A stretch of DNA of 43,404 bases from Clostridia bacterium. Lineage in GTDB: Bacteria > Bacillota > Clostridia > UMGS1883 > UMGS1540. Of this stretch, positions 6,984 through 16,386 are shown in pieces. Numbering within the stretch: the stretch's first letter is position 1; every line of letters begins with the position of its first letter. The position numbers and the translations under genes were made by a program. The DNA lies in contig JAZNJV010000022.1 of the NCBI GenBank assembly GCA_045578225.1, positions 1-43,404 on the forward strand, given 5' to 3'. Below the pieces are notes generated by a model that searched no databases, was not told the origin of the DNA, and was given only the letters and a program-made list of their open reading frames with translations.

Positions 6984-8099
6984 ATGATTTTTTCCTGTGA
7001 AAAACAAACGCTTTCGGAAGCGGTTTCCGTTGTAATGAAAGCCGCCGGCACAAATCCCGCCCTTCCCGTTTTGGAAGGTATTTTACTCAGTACAGATGCA
7101 GATAGTCTGATTTTAACCGGCTCAAATCTTGAAATGGGCATTGAATGCCGCGTGCCGGCCGATATAAAAGAAGACGGTGCCATCGTCTCCGGCGATGTAC
7201 GCGTTTTCTCGGAAGTCATTCGTAAGCTCCCTTCGGGTGCTGCCGATATTACGGTACAGGAAAATTTTTCCATGACCGTACAAAACGGTAAATCCGTTTA
7301 TAACATTTTAGGAATGAATCCCGAAGAGTTTCCGGACCTTCCTGTGGTACTGGAAGACTCGGGCATCACACTCCCTGCCGAGGTACTGAAAAAGATGATT
7401 CGCCAGACGGTATATGCCGCGGCCCAGAAAAATGAAAGACCGCAGCTGACGGGTGTATATTTTGAAATTGAGCCTACTGTTTTCCATATGGTGGCGCTCG
7501 ACGGCTTCCGTATGGCCATTCATAACGAGCCGCTTTCAGAAAACCCCGATGAAGAGCCGTACAGCTTCATTGTGCCCGCGAGAACGCTTCTCGAGCTTTC
7601 GCGCATTTTGCCCGATGATGATACGCCTGTTCTCATTACCGCAAGCACAAAGCATGTTCTCTTTACATTTAAGAATATTCGCCTCGTTTCGAGACTTTTG
7701 TCGGGCGAATATTTCCAGTATAAACAGATTATACCCACAGATTTTAAAATTCAAACCACACTTCCGCTTCGCGATATTTTAACGTGTGTAGAACGTGCGG
7801 ACCCGATTGTTTCGACAGATGTATACAAAAACCCTGTTGTAATGACGCTTTCGGGCGATACCCTCGCGATTGACTGTGTCACCGCGGTAGGCAAAGCACA
7901 TGACGTAATTGAAATTCCTGACTGCGGCAGCGAAATTCGCATCGGCTTTAACCAAAGATATTTACACGATGCCCTTTCCGCTTGTGACAGCGAGGCGATT
8001 ATTATGGAATTTAACGGCAGCCGAAACCCCTGTATTATACGGCCTTCTGAAGGGGATTCGTTCCTCTTTATGGTTTTGCCTGTCCGTATCAGCGAATAA
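6984..8099 (+). CDS. dnaN: DNA polymerase III beta sliding clamp
   Basis: 371 aa with a strong RBS (GAAGGAGG). The position after dnaA is conserved and the sequence shows family-typical similarity. Confidence 0.93.
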   Translation: MIFSCEKQTLSEAVSVVMKAAGTNPALPVLEGILLSTDADSLILTGSNLEMGIECRVPADIKEDGAIVSGDVRVFSEVIRKLPSGAADITVQENFSMTVQNGKSVYNILGMNPEEFPDLPVVLEDSGITLPAEVLKKMIRQTVYAAAQKNERPQLTGVYFEIEPTVFHMVALDGFRMAIHNEPLSENPDEEPYSFIVPARTLLELSRILPDDDTPVLITASTKHVLFTFKNIRLVSRLLSGEYFQYKQIIPTDFKIQTTLPLRDILTCVERADPIVSTDVYKNPVVMTLSGDTLAIDCVTAVGKAHDVIEIPDCGSEIRIGFNQRYLHDALSACDSEAIIMEFNGSRNPCIIRPSEGDSFLFMVLPVRISE

Positions 8100-8111
8100 A
8101 AGGAGAAAAAA

Positions 8112-8324
8112 ATGCAGGAAGAAACCATCGTCCTTCGCGGCGAGTATATAAAGCTTGATCAGGCCTTAAAATTTGCCCTCGGCATGGGTGGGGGCGAGGC
8201 GAAGGAGTATATTGTATCGGGCGCCGTGCTTGTGAACGGAGAAGTGGAAACAAGGCGCGGCAAAAAGCTTCGCGGCGGCGATATTGTGCTTACGGACGAA
8301 GTAAAAATCACCATTTTGGAATAG
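8112..8324 (+). CDS. yaaA: S4-domain RNA-binding protein YaaA/RlbA-like
   Basis: 70 aa with the pattern IKLDQALKF...VNGEVETRRGKKLRGGDIV. The position between dnaN and recF is conserved. Confidence 0.85.
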   Translation: MQEETIVLRGEYIKLDQALKFALGMGGGEAKEYIVSGAVLVNGEVETRRGKKLRGGDIVLTDEVKITILE

Positions 8325-8333
8325 GAAAAAAGC

Positions 8334-9425
8334 ATGTTTGTAAAAAGCCTTTCTCTTCGTGATTTCAGAAATTATACGGAAGCGGAAGTGCAGTTTTCGC
8401 CAAAGTGTAACATCATTTACGGCGAAAATGCACACGGCAAAACCAATCTTTTGGAGGCGCTTTGGCTCTTTACGGCCGGTAAAAGCTTTCGCACCGCGCA
8501 AGATAGCGACATGATTCGTTTTTCCGCAGAGGAAGCACGGGTTAAAACAGAGTTTTCTGCATTTGGAAGAGAAAATACGGCAGAAATTACGCTTTCGCAA
8601 GGCAAACGAAAGCTGTTGCGCCTTGGCGGCGCACCGCTTTCGAAAACGAGTGAAATCCTCGGCCAGTTTCCCGCGGTAATCTTCAGCCCCGATGAGCTTC
8701 ATATCATCACCGGTGCGCCCGAGGTGCGCCGGCGGTTTATGGACAGCGCAATTTCCGCGGCCCGGCCGCTTTACTATAGCGCGCTTCACACGTATCTAAG
8801 AACATGGAAGCAGAAAAACGCGCTTCTTAAAAATATGCCGAAGAAGGAAGACCTTGCCATCTGGAATGAGAGGCTTTCGGAATGCGGCGCGCGCGTTATG
8901 CAGTATCGAAATGCATTTTTTGAAGAGCTTTCTCCCCATGCCGCACGCATCCATCGCATGGTGGCAGGGAAGGAGGAAGCACTTTCCGTTTCCTATGCGC
9001 CGAGTGTAGCCGTAAAAGAAACAGAAGAGGCGCAAAAAGAATTTTTATATACCCAGCTTATGAAGAAAGCTGACGCGGAGATCGGTGCGGGCCTATCGCT
9101 CCTTGGACCGCATCGTGACGAAATCCGCTTTTTGATTGACGGAAAAGACGCCCGTGCCTTTGCTTCCCAAGGGCAAATGCGCACGGCGGCTGTTTCCGTA
9201 AAAATCGCACAGGGTGTGCTTCTCGAAGAACAGACGGGCGAAGCACCGCTCGTACTGCTAGACGATATTTTGGGTGAGCTTGACAGCATGCGCCGCGCGC
9301 TCCTCCTTCGCAGTCTTTCCAAAAATCAGGTTCTATTAACGTGTACGGAAAAGAATGCAGTAAAAATAGAGGGCGAAGTGCTTTATATCGAAGTGAAGGA
9401 GGGTTCTCTTTGTACGTCCATATAG
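8334..9425 (+). CDS. recF: DNA replication/repair protein RecF
   Basis: 363 aa with Walker A GENAHGKTNLLEAL, the signature SQGQMRT and Walker B LVLLDDILGELD. Confidence 0.93.
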   Translation: MFVKSLSLRDFRNYTEAEVQFSPKCNIIYGENAHGKTNLLEALWLFTAGKSFRTAQDSDMIRFSAEEARVKTEFSAFGRENTAEITLSQGKRKLLRLGGAPLSKTSEILGQFPAVIFSPDELHIITGAPEVRRRFMDSAISAARPLYYSALHTYLRTWKQKNALLKNMPKKEDLAIWNERLSECGARVMQYRNAFFEELSPHAARIHRMVAGKEEALSVSYAPSVAVKETEEAQKEFLYTQLMKKADAEIGAGLSLLGPHRDEIRFLIDGKDARAFASQGQMRTAAVSVKIAQGVLLEEQTGEAPLVLLDDILGELDSMRRALLLRSLSKNQVLLTCTEKNAVKIEGEVLYIEVKEGSLCTSI

Positions 9426-9673
9426 GCGGAGACTATGCCCTGCCTCTTTCAGAAATTGTAGGCATTATGGATATTGAAAATACCAGCACGTCTTTTGTAA
9501 CGCGTGAATTTTTGCGCAAAAAGGAACAAGAGGGCAAGGTAATTACCACCACCTTAGATCTTCCAAAATCCTTTGTCGTTACAAAAACGAATGTGTATAT
9601 AACCCCTGTCACGGCGGCCACACTTGAAAAACGGTGTAAGATGTGGGAAAGACGTGCAGGAAGAAAGGAATAA
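9410..9673 (+). CDS. remB: DUF370 / RemB (YaaB)-like small protein
   Basis: TTG start at 9410, 7 nt after GGAGG. The sequence LYVHIGGDY...IVGIMD...[23 protein letters not shown] fits the RemA/RemB family. The recF-gyrB position is conserved. Confidence 0.7.
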   Translation: MYVHIGGDYALPLSEIVGIMDIENTSTSFVTREFLRKKEQEGKVITTTLDLPKSFVVTKTNVYITPVTAATLEKRCKMWERRAGRKE

Positions 9674-9677
9674 AGCT

Positions 9678-11582
9678 ATGCAGGAACAAATCGAAAAATA
9701 TGACGGCAGTCAAATTCAAGTTCTGGAAGGACTGGAAGCGGTACGAAAACGTCCCGGTATGTACATCGGCTCGACCTCGTCGATGGGTCTTCACCATCTC
9801 GTATATGAGATTGTGGATAACTCGATAGACGAAGCGCTCGCCGGCTTTTGTACCCATATCGAAATTACGATTGAGGCGGATAATTCCATCACCGTAACCG
9901 ATAACGGCCGCGGTATTCCCGTAAGCATTCAGCCGCAGACGGGTCTTCCGGCTGTAGAAGTTGTTTTCACCGTTTTGCACGCCGGCGGTAAGTTTGGCGG
10001 CGGCGGATACAAGGTTTCGGGCGGTCTTCACGGCGTAGGTGCCTCGGTTGTAAACGCGCTTTCCGAAAGCCTTGAGGTAAACGTATATACCGACGGGGAG
10101 GAATACCACCAGGCGTATGCGAGAGGCGCGGTGACCGCACCTTTAGAAAAGCTCGGCAAAACAGAAAAGCGCGGCACACGCGTGCATTTTAAGCCGGACC
10201 CCGAAATTTTTGAGGACCTTATCTATGACTACGAGGTGCTCCTTCGCCGCATGCGCGAGCAGGCTTTCTTAAACGGCGGCGTGAAAATCACGCTCGAAGA
10301 TAAGCGCGAAGAAGGGCGCCGCGATGTGCTTCTGTATGAAGGCGGTATTCGCCAGTTTGTAGAGCATCTGAATAAAAATAAAACGCCGCTTCACGAAAAC
10401 GTCATTTACATCGAAGCCGATGAAGAAGTGAGAAGCGCGCAGATTGCACTGCAGTACACTGATAGCTACGCAGAAACCGTAATAAGCTTTGCAAACGATA
10501 TTAAAACCACCGAAGGCGGTATGCATGAAACAGGCTTCAGAGCCGGCCTTACCAAGGTTTTAAATGACTATGCAAGAAAAATTAAAGTCTTAAAGGATTC
10601 CGATGCAAACCTCTCGGGTGAAGACGTTCGCGAGGGCGTTACGGCCATTATCAGCGTAAAGCTGCAGGAAGCGCAGTTTGAAGGGCAGACGAAAACGAAG
10701 CTCGGCAACAGCGAAATGCGAACGCTTGTAGAAAGACTTATTAACGAAAAGCTTGCAACCTTCCTCGAAGAAAACCCGACCGTGGGGCGCGTGATTATCG
10801 AAAAGGCACTCGCTTCCTCAAGAGCGAGAGAAGCCGCGCGCCGTGCCCGCGATAATGAAAGAAAGAAATCCGGTCTTGAAAGCCTTTCCCTTCCGGGAAA
10901 ACTTGCCGACTGCTCCTCCCGCGATAATACATTCACAGAAGTCTACATCGTTGAGGGTGATAGTGCCGGCGGCTCCGCAAAGCAAGGGCGTGACCGTAAA
11001 TTCCAAGCCATTTTGCCGCTTTGGGGTAAGATGCTGAACGTTGAAAAAAGCCGCATTGATAAAGTAATCGGCAACGATAAGCTCACGCCTGTCATCACCG
11101 CCATCGGTGCAGGCATCGGCGATGACTTTAACATTGAAAAGGTGCGCTACGGCAAAATTATTATCATGGCCGATGCTGACGTGGACGGCTCGCACATCCG
11201 TACGCTTCTTTTAACCTTCTTCTTCCGCTTTATGCGGCCGCTTATTGATAACGGCAGAATTTATCTCGCCCAGCCGCCGCTTTACAAGGTGTTTAAGGGC
11301 AAGAAGGAAAAATACGCATATAATGACGAAGAACTCGCACTGGCGCTTCAGGAAATCGGCTCGGACGCTACCGTGCAGCGCTACAAGGGTCTTGGTGAAA
11401 TGAACGCCGAGCAGCTTTGGGAAACAACGATGAATCCCGAAACGAGAACGCTTGTAAAGGTAACGCTCGAAGACGCCGTGGCCGCAGACGAAATTTTCAC
11501 CATCTTGATGGGTGATAAGGTAGAGCCGCGCCGCGATTACATTATCGAACACGCCAGAAGCGTTCGCAATCTCGATATTTAA
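9678..11582 (+). CDS. gyrB: DNA gyrase subunit B
   Basis: Start at ATG 9678 ([31 protein letters not shown]). GHKL motifs, Toprim EGDSAGG and the [10 protein letters not shown] motif are present. Confidence 0.95.
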   Translation: MQEQIEKYDGSQIQVLEGLEAVRKRPGMYIGSTSSMGLHHLVYEIVDNSIDEALAGFCTHIEITIEADNSITVTDNGRGIPVSIQPQTGLPAVEVVFTVLHAGGKFGGGGYKVSGGLHGVGASVVNALSESLEVNVYTDGEEYHQAYARGAVTAPLEKLGKTEKRGTRVHFKPDPEIFEDLIYDYEVLLRRMREQAFLNGGVKITLEDKREEGRRDVLLYEGGIRQFVEHLNKNKTPLHENVIYIEADEEVRSAQIALQYTDSYAETVISFANDIKTTEGGMHETGFRAGLTKVLNDYARKIKVLKDSDANLSGEDVREGVTAIISVKLQEAQFEGQTKTKLGNSEMRTLVERLINEKLATFLEENPTVGRVIIEKALASSRAREAARRARDNERKKSGLESLSLPGKLADCSSRDNTFTEVYIVEGDSAGGSAKQGRDRKFQAILPLWGKMLNVEKSRIDKVIGNDKLTPVITAIGAGIGDDFNIEKVRYGKIIIMADADVDGSHIRTLLLTFFFRFMRPLIDNGRIYLAQPPLYKVFKGKKEKYAYNDEELALALQEIGSDATVQRYKGLGEMNAEQLWETTMNPETRTLVKVTLEDAVAADEIFTILMGDKVEPRRDYIIEHARSVRNLDI

Positions 11583-11596
11583 GGAGGGAATAAAAA

Positions 11597-14056
11597 ATGT
11601 TTAATACAGAAAATGAAAAAATTATTCCCGTCGAGATTAGTCGGGAGATGAAAACCGCGTATATTGACTACGCGATGAGTGTTATTATCGGCCGCGCACT
11701 TCCTGATGTGCGCGACGGTTTAAAACCCGTACACCGCCGTATTCTTTACACAATGAATGAAGACGGCATCACGGCCGACAAAGCGTATCGTAAGTGCGCC
11801 ACCACAGTTGGTGACGTGCTCGGTCGCTACCATCCGCATGGTGACGCTTCTGTATACGATGCGCTCGTGCGCCTCGCGCAGGACTTCTCGCTTCGCTATG
11901 TCCTCATTGACGGACAGGGTAACTTCGGTTCTGTGGACGGAGACCCCCCTGCTGCATACCGTTATACGGAATCGAGAATGTCGCGCCTTGCCCACGAAAT
12001 GGTGGCAGACATTGAAAAAGAAACTGTAGACTTTACGCCGAACTTCGACGAACGTCTCAAAGAGCCTGTGGTGCTTCCGTCGCGCTTCCCGAACCTTCTT
12101 GTAAACGGTTCTTCGGGTATCGCCGTCGGTATGGCCACAAATATTCCGCCGCATAACCTCGGCGAGGTGATTGACGCGATAAACGCCATGCTGGATGACC
12201 CCGAAATTTCCATTGAGGAAATTATGGAATATATCAAGGGGCCTGACTTTCCCACCGCAGGGTTAATCCTTGGCCGAAGCGGCATTCGCAGCATGTATAC
12301 TACAGGCCGCGGCCACATCATCATGCGCGCAAGAGCGGAAATTGAGGAAAAGAACGGCCGAGAAAGAATTGTCGTTACAGAAATTCCGTATCAGGTCAAT
12401 AAAGCGCGCCTTATCCAGAAAATTGCAGAGCTTGTAAAGGATAAACGCATTGAAGGCATCTCCGACATTCGCGATGAGAGTGACAGAGAGGGTATGAGCA
12501 TTGTGATTGAGCTTCGCCGCGAGGCCAATGCGAATGTAGTCCTCAATCAGCTTTACAAAAATACACAAATGCAGGAAACCTTCGGCGCCATTATGCTTGC
12601 GATTGTAGACGGGCAGCCGCAAATCCTGAACATTAAAGAAATGCTCTGGCATTACATTGTGTTCCAGGAAGAGGTTATCCGCCGCCGCACCATTTTCGAT
12701 AAGAAAAAGGCAGAGGCAAGAGCGCACATTTTGGAAGGTCTTCGCGTTGCGCTGGACCATATCGACGAAATTATCCGCATAATCCGCGAAAGCTATAATG
12801 ACGCAAAAATACGTCTTATGGAAGCCTTTGGTCTTTCTGATGTGCAGGCACAGGCCATTCTCGACATGCGCCTCGCGAGACTGCAGGGACTTGAGCGCGA
12901 GAAGATTGAAGCCGAATACAAAGACCTTATGGAAAAAATCGCGTACTACACCGAGGTTCTTGCCAATGAATCGATGGTGCGCGATATCATAAAAGAAGAG
13001 CTCGGCGTTATCCGCACGAAGTACGGCGACGAGCGCCGCACCGAAATCACCGCAATGGTTGGCGACATTGAGGATGAGGATATGATTGACGAAGAGGAAT
13101 GCGTATTTACGCTTACGCACTTCGGCTACATTAAGCGTATCCCCGCCTCCACCTACAGAAGCCAGCGCCGCGGCGGCCGCGGCATTTCGGGCCTTTCTAC
13201 CCGCGAGGAGGACTTTGTAGAAACGCTCTTCACCGCCTCCACACATGCAAACATTCTGTTCTTTACAAATCGCGGCAGAATGTATCATATTAAGGGGTAT
13301 CAAATTCCCGAGGCAGGCAGACAGGCGAAGGGTACAGCCATTGTAAACCTTCTGCCGCTCGCGCCCGAGGAAAAGATTGCCACGATGCTCGCCGTACGCC
13401 AGTTTGAAGAGGATAGCGCGCTCATTATGGCCACCCGCATGGGTACCATTAAAAAGACGATGCTCTCTGAATTTAACACGGCACGCCGCGGCGGTCTTAA
13501 CGCCATCGGTCTTAACGAAGGGGACGATTTAATTGCCGTACGCCTTGTAAGCCCCGAGGATAACGTCCTCATCGGCACGCATGATGGTATGGCCATCCGC
13601 TTTATGGAAGGCGATGTACGCCCGATGGGCAGAACGGCACACGGCGTACGCGCGATAAAGCTTCGCGAGGGCGACTATGTCATCGGCATGACGTGTGCAA
13701 GAGAAGAGTCCGAGCTTTTGGTGGTTACCGAAGGCGGCTACGGCAAGCGCACAACGCTTGATGCGTACAAAATCCAGTCGCGCGGCGGCATTGGTATCCG
13801 CACGTATAAGATTACGGAGGCGACGGGCAGCGTCGTCGGCATCAGCACCGTTACGGACGGCGAGGATATCATGATGATTACAAGCGAAGGCGTTATTATC
13901 CGCCAGGCCGCTTCGGGCGTATCGAGCATCGGCCGAAACACGCAGGGCGTTCGCCTTATTCGCATGGAGTACGATGTCCGCGTTGTGTCCATTGCCCTGA
14001 CGGAGCACGAAGAAGACGAAGAGCCTGCCGAGGAGCAGGAAACAGCGGAAGAATAA
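11597..14056 (+). CDS. gyrA: DNA gyrase subunit A
   Basis: 819 aa with [12 protein letters not shown], the active-site region AAYRYTESR, beta-pinwheel repeats and an acidic tail. Confidence 0.95.
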   Translation: MFNTENEKIIPVEISREMKTAYIDYAMSVIIGRALPDVRDGLKPVHRRILYTMNEDGITADKAYRKCATTVGDVLGRYHPHGDASVYDALVRLAQDFSLRYVLIDGQGNFGSVDGDPPAAYRYTESRMSRLAHEMVADIEKETVDFTPNFDERLKEPVVLPSRFPNLLVNGSSGIAVGMATNIPPHNLGEVIDAINAMLDDPEISIEEIMEYIKGPDFPTAGLILGRSGIRSMYTTGRGHIIMRARAEIEEKNGRERIVVTEIPYQVNKARLIQKIAELVKDKRIEGISDIRDESDREGMSIVIELRREANANVVLNQLYKNTQMQETFGAIMLAIVDGQPQILNIKEMLWHYIVFQEEVIRRRTIFDKKKAEARAHILEGLRVALDHIDEIIRIIRESYNDAKIRLMEAFGLSDVQAQAILDMRLARLQGLEREKIEAEYKDLMEKIAYYTEVLANESMVRDIIKEELGVIRTKYGDERRTEITAMVGDIEDEDMIDEEECVFTLTHFGYIKRIPASTYRSQRRGGRGISGLSTREEDFVETLFTASTHANILFFTNRGRMYHIKGYQIPEAGRQAKGTAIVNLLPLAPEEKIATMLAVRQFEEDSALIMATRMGTIKKTMLSEFNTARRGGLNAIGLNEGDDLIAVRLVSPEDNVLIGTHDGMAIRFMEGDVRPMGRTAHGVRAIKLREGDYVIGMTCAREESELLVVTEGGYGKRTTLDAYKIQSRGGIGIRTYKITEATGSVVGISTVTDGEDIMMITSEGVIIRQAASGVSSIGRNTQGVRLIRMEYDVRVVSIALTEHEEDEEPAEEQETAEE

Positions 14057-14060
14057 TAAG

Positions 14061-14090
14061 AAAATGGGGCGAAATATTCGCCCCATTTTT
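14061..14090 (+). terminator. Intrinsic terminator after gyrA
   Basis: The stem atggggcgaa / ttcgccccat is followed by TTTT. Confidence 0.75.
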
Positions 14091-14112
14091 GTCTCTTTGT
14101 TAGGGGGTTTTT

Positions 14113-15087
14113 ATGAAAGGCAAGAAACTGGTAACAATCGGCGGCGGCACGGGCATGTCCACGATGCTCCGCGGCCTTAAGAAATACACAGAAAACATCA
14201 CTGCCGTTGTCGCGGTGACGGATGACGGCGGCGGCAGCGGCCGCCTTCGGGAGGACCTCGGAATCCTTCCTCCCGGTGACATTCGAAACTGTCTTTTAGC
14301 CCTTGCGGATGCCGAGCCTTCGATGGAAGCGGTTTTTTCGCACCGCTTTTCAAGAGGCACGCTTTCGGGGCAAAGTGTAGGAAACCTCATTATTGCCGCA
14401 ATGAACGAAATGTACGGCGATATGGAAAAAGCCATCGGGCGCCTTGGCGAGGTCTTGGCAATTTCCGGCCGCGTTTTGCCGGTTACGACGGAAAACGTCC
14501 ATCTGGCCGCCACACTTTCCGACGGGGCGGTCATCTGCGGCGAATCGCGAATCGGGTACGCCAGAAGGGCGTATAATTCCCCCATCGAAAAAGTGAGCCT
14601 TGTGCCGCACGGCGCCCGCGCGACAGAGGCGGTGCTTTCGGCGATAGACGAGGCCGAGGCCATACTTCTCGGCCCGGGGAGTCTGTATACGAGCGTAATT
14701 CCAAACCTTTTGGTGGAAGGGATAAGCGAAGCGCTAAAAAAGGCGCGCGCGCCTAAAATTTACATATGTAACGTGATGGAACAGCCGGGCGAAACGGAAG
14801 GGTACACGGCATATAGGCACGTGGAGGCCATTTTGGCGCACGGCGGCACCGTGGAATACGCGGTTGTCAATACCGCGCCGCTTTCTGCGGAAATTATGGA
14901 AAAGTATAAGGAAGACGGCGTGGGGCCCGTAGCCTTTGACGAAGCGCGCTTTCGTGAGCGGGGCATCGGTCTTATCAAGGCGCCGCTTTTAGAGGGGGCG
15001 GGTACGCTTGCACGCCATAATCCCGACCGCCTTGCCGAATGTCTTTTAAATGCGATTTCCGCAATCGAAAAAGGGATTGCGTTTTAG
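14113..15087 (+). CDS. yvcK: YvcK/CofD-like gluconeogenesis (cell-shape) factor, UPF0052 family
   Basis: 324 aa with VTIGGGTGMSTMLRGLK, VVAVTDDGGGSGRLR, GDIRNCL and GPGSLYTSVIPNLL. Confidence 0.88.
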   Translation: MKGKKLVTIGGGTGMSTMLRGLKKYTENITAVVAVTDDGGGSGRLREDLGILPPGDIRNCLLALADAEPSMEAVFSHRFSRGTLSGQSVGNLIIAAMNEMYGDMEKAIGRLGEVLAISGRVLPVTTENVHLAATLSDGAVICGESRIGYARRAYNSPIEKVSLVPHGARATEAVLSAIDEAEAILLGPGSLYTSVIPNLLVEGISEALKKARAPKIYICNVMEQPGETEGYTAYRHVEAILAHGGTVEYAVVNTAPLSAEIMEKYKEDGVGPVAFDEARFRERGIGLIKAPLLEGAGTLARHNPDRLAECLLNAISAIEKGIAF

Positions 15088-15102
15088 AATATCTCTTGCC
15101 GC

Positions 15103-15157
15103 GTTATTCGCTTTAAAATATTTTAAAGCGAATAACTTTATATTTAAAGCGAATAAC
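15103..15157. promoter_or_regulatory. Operator-like array: 34-bp perfect palindrome plus a third half-site
   Basis: gttattcgctttaaaat|attttaaagcgaataac (15103-15136) is a perfect inverted repeat. TTTAAAGCGAATAAC recurs at 15143-15157 and ends 2 nt before the -35 hexamer. Confidence 0.6.
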
Positions 15158-15159
15158 TA

Positions 15160-15188
15160 TTGACTTTTTGGGTATGATGTTATAAAAT
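15160..15188 (+). promoter_or_regulatory. Near-consensus sigma-A promoter of the island gene
   Basis: TTGACT, a 17-nt spacer, then TAAAAT. It lies 33 nt upstream of the ATG at 15221. Confidence 0.6.
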
Positions 15189-15220
15189 GTACATACAATA
15201 GGAGAGAAAGAGGTGTTACA

Positions 15221-16249
15221 ATGCGGTTCCATGATGAAAAAAAGAGAAGCATTATGCTGTATCTCCTGGAAAAGATTGAACAGGAAGTGGAAAATCCCTC
15301 TCAGATTGTGGCGGAGGCGTTTGGTATCAACCGAAACACCGTACATTCTTACATTAACCAGCTTAGCGCCGAAAACAAAATACGAAGAGAAAAACGCGGA
15401 AAATATGTATTGGTGGAGGACTCTTTTGTATATAGCTTTTTACGGCGGCGCGAGGAAATAAAGAATGAAACGCAGATATATGAAAAGAGTCTTAAAAAGC
15501 ATATCGAAGCGTTGCCGCAGAACGTGCAAGAAATATGGGAATATGCGTTTAGCGAGATGGTGAATAACGTCATTGACCATTCCGGTGCCCAAACCCTATT
15601 CGTTTGGATAAAGCAAAATTATTTGAAAACTTCCGTTTTTATAGGTGACGACGGTATCGGAATTTTTGAAAAAATTAAAAAGTATTTCGATTTTCCGTCC
15701 CTGGACGTTGCCATTTGCGAACTTTTTAAGGGGAAACTCACAACTGACCGTGAAAACCATTCAGGCGAAGGGATTTTCTTCAGTTCAAAGCTCATGGATG
15801 AGTTTGCCATTTTCTCCAGCGATAAAATTTTTACGGCAGACAAATTTGCCCCCGGAAATATACAAAACGTTTCGGAAAAGGCTGAAAAAGGGACGCTTGT
15901 TTTCATGGCGCTTTCAAACTATACACATAAAAAAAGCAAAGAAGTATTTGATAAATATGCGGATGCAGACGGCGGTTTTTCGAAAACCATCCTGCCGCTT
16001 AGAAATATTTTTGATGCTTCTCCCGTTTCCAGATCGCAGGCGAAGAGAGTGCTGACGAGTCTGGATAAATTCGAGGAAATTGTACTGGATTTTGCAGGCG
16101 TTCCATGGATGGGGCAAGGCTTTGCACATCAGATTTTTGTACTTTTCAAAAAACAGAAGCCACATATTCGGATTATCCCCATAAATATGAATGAGGATGT
16201 AACCAAAATGTATAATCATGTTATAAATACAAAAGAGGACGCAGAGTAA
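15221..16249 (+). CDS. Winged-HTH + GHKL (histidine-kinase-like) ATPase + STAS-like (DUF4325-type) fusion protein, function unknown
   Basis: 342 aa with RBS AGAGGTG. The N-terminal HTH includes GINRNTVHSYINQL. Bergerat-fold motifs are EMVNNVIDHS (N box), DDGIGIF (G1) and GEGIFF (G2). The C-terminus SRSQAKRVL...IVLDFAGVPWMGQGFAHQIF looks DUF4325/STAS-like. The coding sequence is clearly AT-rich. Confidence 0.7.
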   Translation: MRFHDEKKRSIMLYLLEKIEQEVENPSQIVAEAFGINRNTVHSYINQLSAENKIRREKRGKYVLVEDSFVYSFLRRREEIKNETQIYEKSLKKHIEALPQNVQEIWEYAFSEMVNNVIDHSGAQTLFVWIKQNYLKTSVFIGDDGIGIFEKIKKYFDFPSLDVAICELFKGKLTTDRENHSGEGIFFSSKLMDEFAIFSSDKIFTADKFAPGNIQNVSEKAEKGTLVFMALSNYTHKKSKEVFDKYADADGGFSKTILPLRNIFDASPVSRSQAKRVLTSLDKFEEIVLDFAGVPWMGQGFAHQIFVLFKKQKPHIRIIPINMNEDVTKMYNHVINTKEDAE

Positions 16250-16252
16250 GCG

Positions 16253-16280
16253 AACCCCCGAAAAAGTTCGGGGGTTTTCT
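16253..16280 (+). terminator. Intrinsic terminator of the island gene
   Basis: aacccccgaa / aaag / ttcgggggtt gives a 10-bp stem with a 4-nt loop, followed by TTCT. Confidence 0.7.
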
Positions 16281-16281
16281 A

Positions 16282-16310
16282 TTGCTTTTTTTGTGCAGGT
16301 ATGGTAAAAT
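16282..16310 (+). promoter_or_regulatory. Promoter of the DUF3798-pgeF-SBP-DUF1015-whiA operon
   Basis: TTGCTT, a 17-nt spacer, then TGgTAAAAT (extended -10). Confidence 0.55.
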
Positions 16311-16386
16311 AAAAAATGGAAAGTTGTTTCCGCATGAGAAAAGAAGAAAAACAAAACGCGATTTCAGTAAAAGGAAAGGCAAAAGT

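Noticed and set aside
9812-9820. Perfect DnaA box (TGTGGATAA) inside gyrB.
   Set aside because: It coincides with the codons of the conserved GyrB motif EIVDNSID (gag att gtg gat aac). It is isolated and 3 kb from the origin clusters, so it is most likely coding-driven coincidence.
12263-13303. Long antisense or out-of-frame ORFs inside strongly supported genes. Examples are the 346-aa ORF opposite gyrA, 20361-21200, 26306-27118, 26991-27713, 40378-41019, 8166-8789 and 13529-14086.
   Set aside because: These are typical stop-codon-poor shadow frames of GC-rich coding DNA. They lack RBSs, have low-complexity Arg/Ala/Pro-rich translations, and each is fully overlapped by a gene with clear family motifs.
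15103-15136. Reading the 34-bp palindrome purely as the intrinsic terminator of yvcK.
   Set aside because: This is not fully excluded. However, the stem is almost entirely A/T apart from the GCG/CGC core, and a third copy of the half-site follows in direct orientation right at the -35 of the next promoter. That layout fits protein binding better than termination alone.
15091-16287. Possible target-site duplication flanking the low-GC island (atctcttgcc at 15091-15100 versus ttctattgct at 16278-16287).
   Set aside because: Only about 7 of 9 core positions match, the sequence is short and T-rich, and the right copy overlaps the next promoter's -35. This is too weak to call an insertion scar.
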